Shown here: one piece after another, positions 61,420-64,000 of the stretch
How the letters are laid out: each line of letters starts with the position of its first letter
How positions within the stretch are numbered: position 1 is the first letter of the stretch
Source of the DNA: Candidatus Bathyarchaeum tardum
GTDB lineage: Archaea > Thermoproteota > Bathyarchaeia > Bathyarchaeales > Bathyarchaeaceae
Direction: 5' to 3'
Assembly: GCA_024650005.2 (NCBI GenBank)
Contig: CP122380.1
Coordinates: 736,001 to 800,000, forward strand
DNA length: 64,000 bases
Made by a program: the position numbers and the translations under genes
Notes under the pieces: model-generated
What the model saw: the letters and a program-made list of their open reading frames with translations, nothing else
Databases searched by the model: none
Told to the model about the DNA's origin: nothing

Positions 61420-63990
61420 TTATTTGCGTTTTAACATCCAGTATGCAGCTACACCAATTACTGCGACCACGGTAACAGCGATGACGATTGCAATTTCAGT
61501 TGTGATCAACGGTGCTTCTGGTTCGGTTGGTTCAATAGGTGCTTCTGGGGTTTCAGGTTCTTCCGGTTCAATAGGTATTGCAGGTGTAGGTGCTTGGTCT
61601 ACAGCGAAGTATGTTGTAGATGTTGAGCCATAGTATGACGCGGAGCCTTCGAAAGTAGTTATGATCATGTATTTGCCTTCAATTTGAGGCTTGAATGAAT
61701 AACCGTAGTTGCCGTAAACATCAGTTGTTGCTGTTCCAATCCATTCGTAATGACCATTAGGGTCAACGATTTCTATTTTTACTGGAACCCCAGTTGCGTC
61801 TGCTGGGGGTGCAAATTGGTCATAAACATACATCATCCAATCGCTCATGTCTTGATCAGATATTGCAGGTACTCCATTTGGGAATCGTAGTTTGACGGCT
61901 GCACTTTCTGTTCCTGGAGAAACGTCCAGAACTGTTCCTGTAACCATAACACTGCTGCCCTGGGTTGTTATTTCTGGAGATACTCGTACGGTCATTGCTG
62001 ATGGACCTTTGCCTATTGCGTAAATTCTTTGGTCGTAATTGTCATACATTGCAATTATGCTGTCAGCAATAATTGGAGTAGATCCCCATTCACTTCCACG
62101 GATGGGCACTCTGAAAACTTGTTCACCCGTTTCTAGGTCAATACTTATGAAAGGAGCGCCACGGGGTTGAGGGTCTCGGGGGTTGTGCTCAGTGTTTTCT
62201 ATGTATAATTTTCCGCCAGCAACAAATACCGGTCGGAATCTCCAACGGTTGTTGTGCAAAACTTCTGTGTAAGGATCGGCAATATCAAAAGACCATTCTA
62301 CAGTACCAGTTTGAGCGTTGTAGCACCATACGGTTCCACCATAGTTTCCAGCAATGACTTTTCCCTCAGTGATTATGTCCCAGCTGTTACCTGATGAGTG
62401 TCCCCAATTGTCGGTGTAGTGTCGTGAAGGAGTTGGTCCCCAAATTTCTTGTCCCGTACTTAGTCTGAATCCGTAAGTTGTTCGAGTTTCTTTGGTTGAA
62501 ACGATGAACAAATCTTCTTCAACGTTCACGTCTTCAACAGAGATTAGAGCAACTCCATTAGGTATTGACCAAGTTGTATCCCACATTAGTTCTGCATCAC
62601 CATTTTGGATGTCTACACTTATGGCCCACATGTGTGCAGGGTTAGGTGCAGGTCCTCCGCGCGTGAAATCTGCTCCAAGGATTACTTCTTGGCGGTACTT
62701 GTAGGCATTTCCTGGAAGATCAGCTAATCCAGGTATCGTTATTGTCCATTCGATTCCTGCTGCAGTATCTTCTGCGTCGTAGGTTTGGCCTTGGGGTCTC
62801 CAGCTTCCTTGACTGGAAACTACTCTGCTAGAGTTCCATAGAGTTAACGTACCCGCATTTTTGTTTAAATTATAAAGGAATATCTCACCTTTTGGTCCAT
62901 AGATTTTGGTTCCACTTGGCATTCCTTCCATGCTGTATACCCATCGTCCAGTGAAAGGATCAAATGCGTGCCATGTTTGGGGTTGACCAAATCCAGGGCT
63001 TTCAGTTGCCCACAGGAAATCAAATACCCCATGGTAGTTGTATGAATCCCAGTAGAAAGTTTGACCAAAAGCAAGCCTTAGGTTTGATCCTGCTGGAGTT
63101 AACAAAGGTTTGCTCCATAACATTTCTCCGGTGTGCATATCAATGGCGTTAACCCATTGTTCTGCGTTTGTGCCGATTCCTTCAAATTGGTTGTAAAAGA
63201 GAATGCCACCAATAATTACTGGTCCGGCAGCTCCAAAGAGTCCTCCGCTTCCGAATTTTCCTTCGTAGGCGTCTCCTTGTTCAAAGCCTTGCCAAAGGCT
63301 TGTCCCTCCAGCCAGACCGCCCATGGTTAACGGTTTAGTCCATAATATGTGCGCACTTTCTGGTGCATAGTCATTATATTTTGCATTTATTGAATGGGGA
63401 TCAGGGTTTGTTGGGGGAACATATCCGAGCCAGTTTGCTGAAATGGTATACCATTCTCGGATTTGTTGGTCAATTGGACGACTCCAGTATTCATTAGGAA
63501 GAGAATGTCCAGGATAGAAAGCTATTGGGTCATCTTGAACGACAAATTCAAGTTCTTCACTGTAAGATTCTATCATTATTGTTCCAGCTGGTCCAATGTA
63601 TCCCGAAGCGGTTGTAAGGACCTGTTCAGGAAAATGGGTTCTTGCAGTATACGTTCCTAACCTGGTAGGGGTGTAAAGAACACCTGTTCCCCCTGTTGTG
63701 TCAGTTTGGATTGGCCCGAGCGTTTCGGTGTTTCCTTGAGGATCAGTTACTTCAACGGTTAATCCTGACCAGCCACCCATTTGGGTTGGTGTTGGGTACA
63801 CGCTTCCTACGTGAAACAGAAGTGGGTTGTTAACCTGTACTGGGTTTGGCATTGCGTTGATGTACGGAACAGGTTCAAATCTTAGAGGTTCTTGCCCTAC
63901 AGTAGTAGATAGGGCAATTGTTAGCAAAGATAATGATAGTATAAAAGCCATCAAAATCGTTGCTAATTTTGGTTTTCTCAGTTTTTCCAT
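61420..63990 (-). CDS. PQQ-like beta-propeller cell-surface protein with Ig-like domains, Pro/Glu linker and C-terminal TM
   Basis: Signal peptide; repeats such as AIDMHTGEMLW and CYNAQTGTVEW; PEEPETPEAP linker; TM followed by KRK. Confidence 0.88.
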   Translation of the reverse strand: MEKLRKPKLATILMAFILSLSLLTIALSTTVGQEPLRFEPVPYINAMPNPVQVNNPLLFHVGSVYPTPTQMGGWSGLTVEVTDPQGNTETLGPIQTDTTGGTGVLYTPTRLGTYTARTHFPEQVLTTASGYIGPAGTIMIESYSEELEFVVQDDPIAFYPGHSLPNEYWSRPIDQQIREWYTISANWLGYVPPTNPDPHSINAKYNDYAPESAHILWTKPLTMGGLAGGTSLWQGFEQGDAYEGKFGSGGLFGAAGPVIIGGILFYNQFEGIGTNAEQWVNAIDMHTGEMLWSKPLLTPAGSNLRLAFGQTFYWDSYNYHGVFDFLWATESPGFGQPQTWHAFDPFTGRWVYSMEGMPSGTKIYGPKGEIFLYNLNKNAGTLTLWNSSRVVSSQGSWRPQGQTYDAEDTAAGIEWTITIPGLADLPGNAYKYRQEVILGADFTRGGPAPNPAHMWAISVDIQNGDAELMWDTTWSIPNGVALISVEDVNVEEDLFIVSTKETRTTYGFRLSTGQEIWGPTPSRHYTDNWGHSSGNSWDIITEGKVIAGNYGGTVWCYNAQTGTVEWSFDIADPYTEVLHNNRWRFRPVFVAGGKLYIENTEHNPRDPQPRGAPFISIDLETGEQVFRVPIRGSEWGSTPIIADSIIAMYDNYDQRIYAIGKGPSAMTVRVSPEITTQGSSVMVTGTVLDVSPGTESAAVKLRFPNGVPAISDQDMSDWMMYVYDQFAPPADATGVPVKIEIVDPNGHYEWIGTATTDVYGNYGYSFKPQIEGKYMIITTFEGSASYYGSTSTTYFAVDQAPTPAIPIEPEEPETPEAPIEPTEPEAPLITTEIAIVIAVTVVAVIGVAAYWMLKRK

Positions 63991-64000
63991 TAAAAATTCA

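Overview
AT-rich archaeal chromosomal window. Archaeal markers include a histone, a thermosome subunit, ABCE1, Cgi121 and methanofuran genes. The many PEF-CTERM, PQQ-propeller and Kelch surface proteins and the AsnC pair suggest Bathyarchaeia (inference). It carries a methanofuran cluster (mfnB/E/F/D plus a HisA-like gene), an alpha-ribazole salvage locus (cblT-cblS) with a divergent RHH-CblS fusion that looks like a dedicated regulator, and housekeeping genes (wecB, msrA, citrate synthase, nfo, rtcA, htpX, cgi121, tsaC, ABCE1, mtnP, sfsA). It also has many secreted or surface proteins and two pseudogenes. I saw no rRNA, tRNA, CRISPR array, transposase or integrase. The most notable unexplained structure is non-coding. 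(1) A ~440-bp promoter+leader cassette occurs twice in inverted orientation, each copy ahead of a different putative secreted peptidase; it contains a uORF ending KCFGGASPP-stop and conserved hairpins, one with a covarying pair (candidate archaeal arrest/attenuator leader). (2) A three-half-site GTTCTA-N5-TRGAAC-N5-GTTCYA operator lies 10 nt upstream of a TATA-like box at three exported-protein genes. (3) A 106-bp hairpin element occurs twice. All assignments come from reading the sequence by eye; no database search was run.
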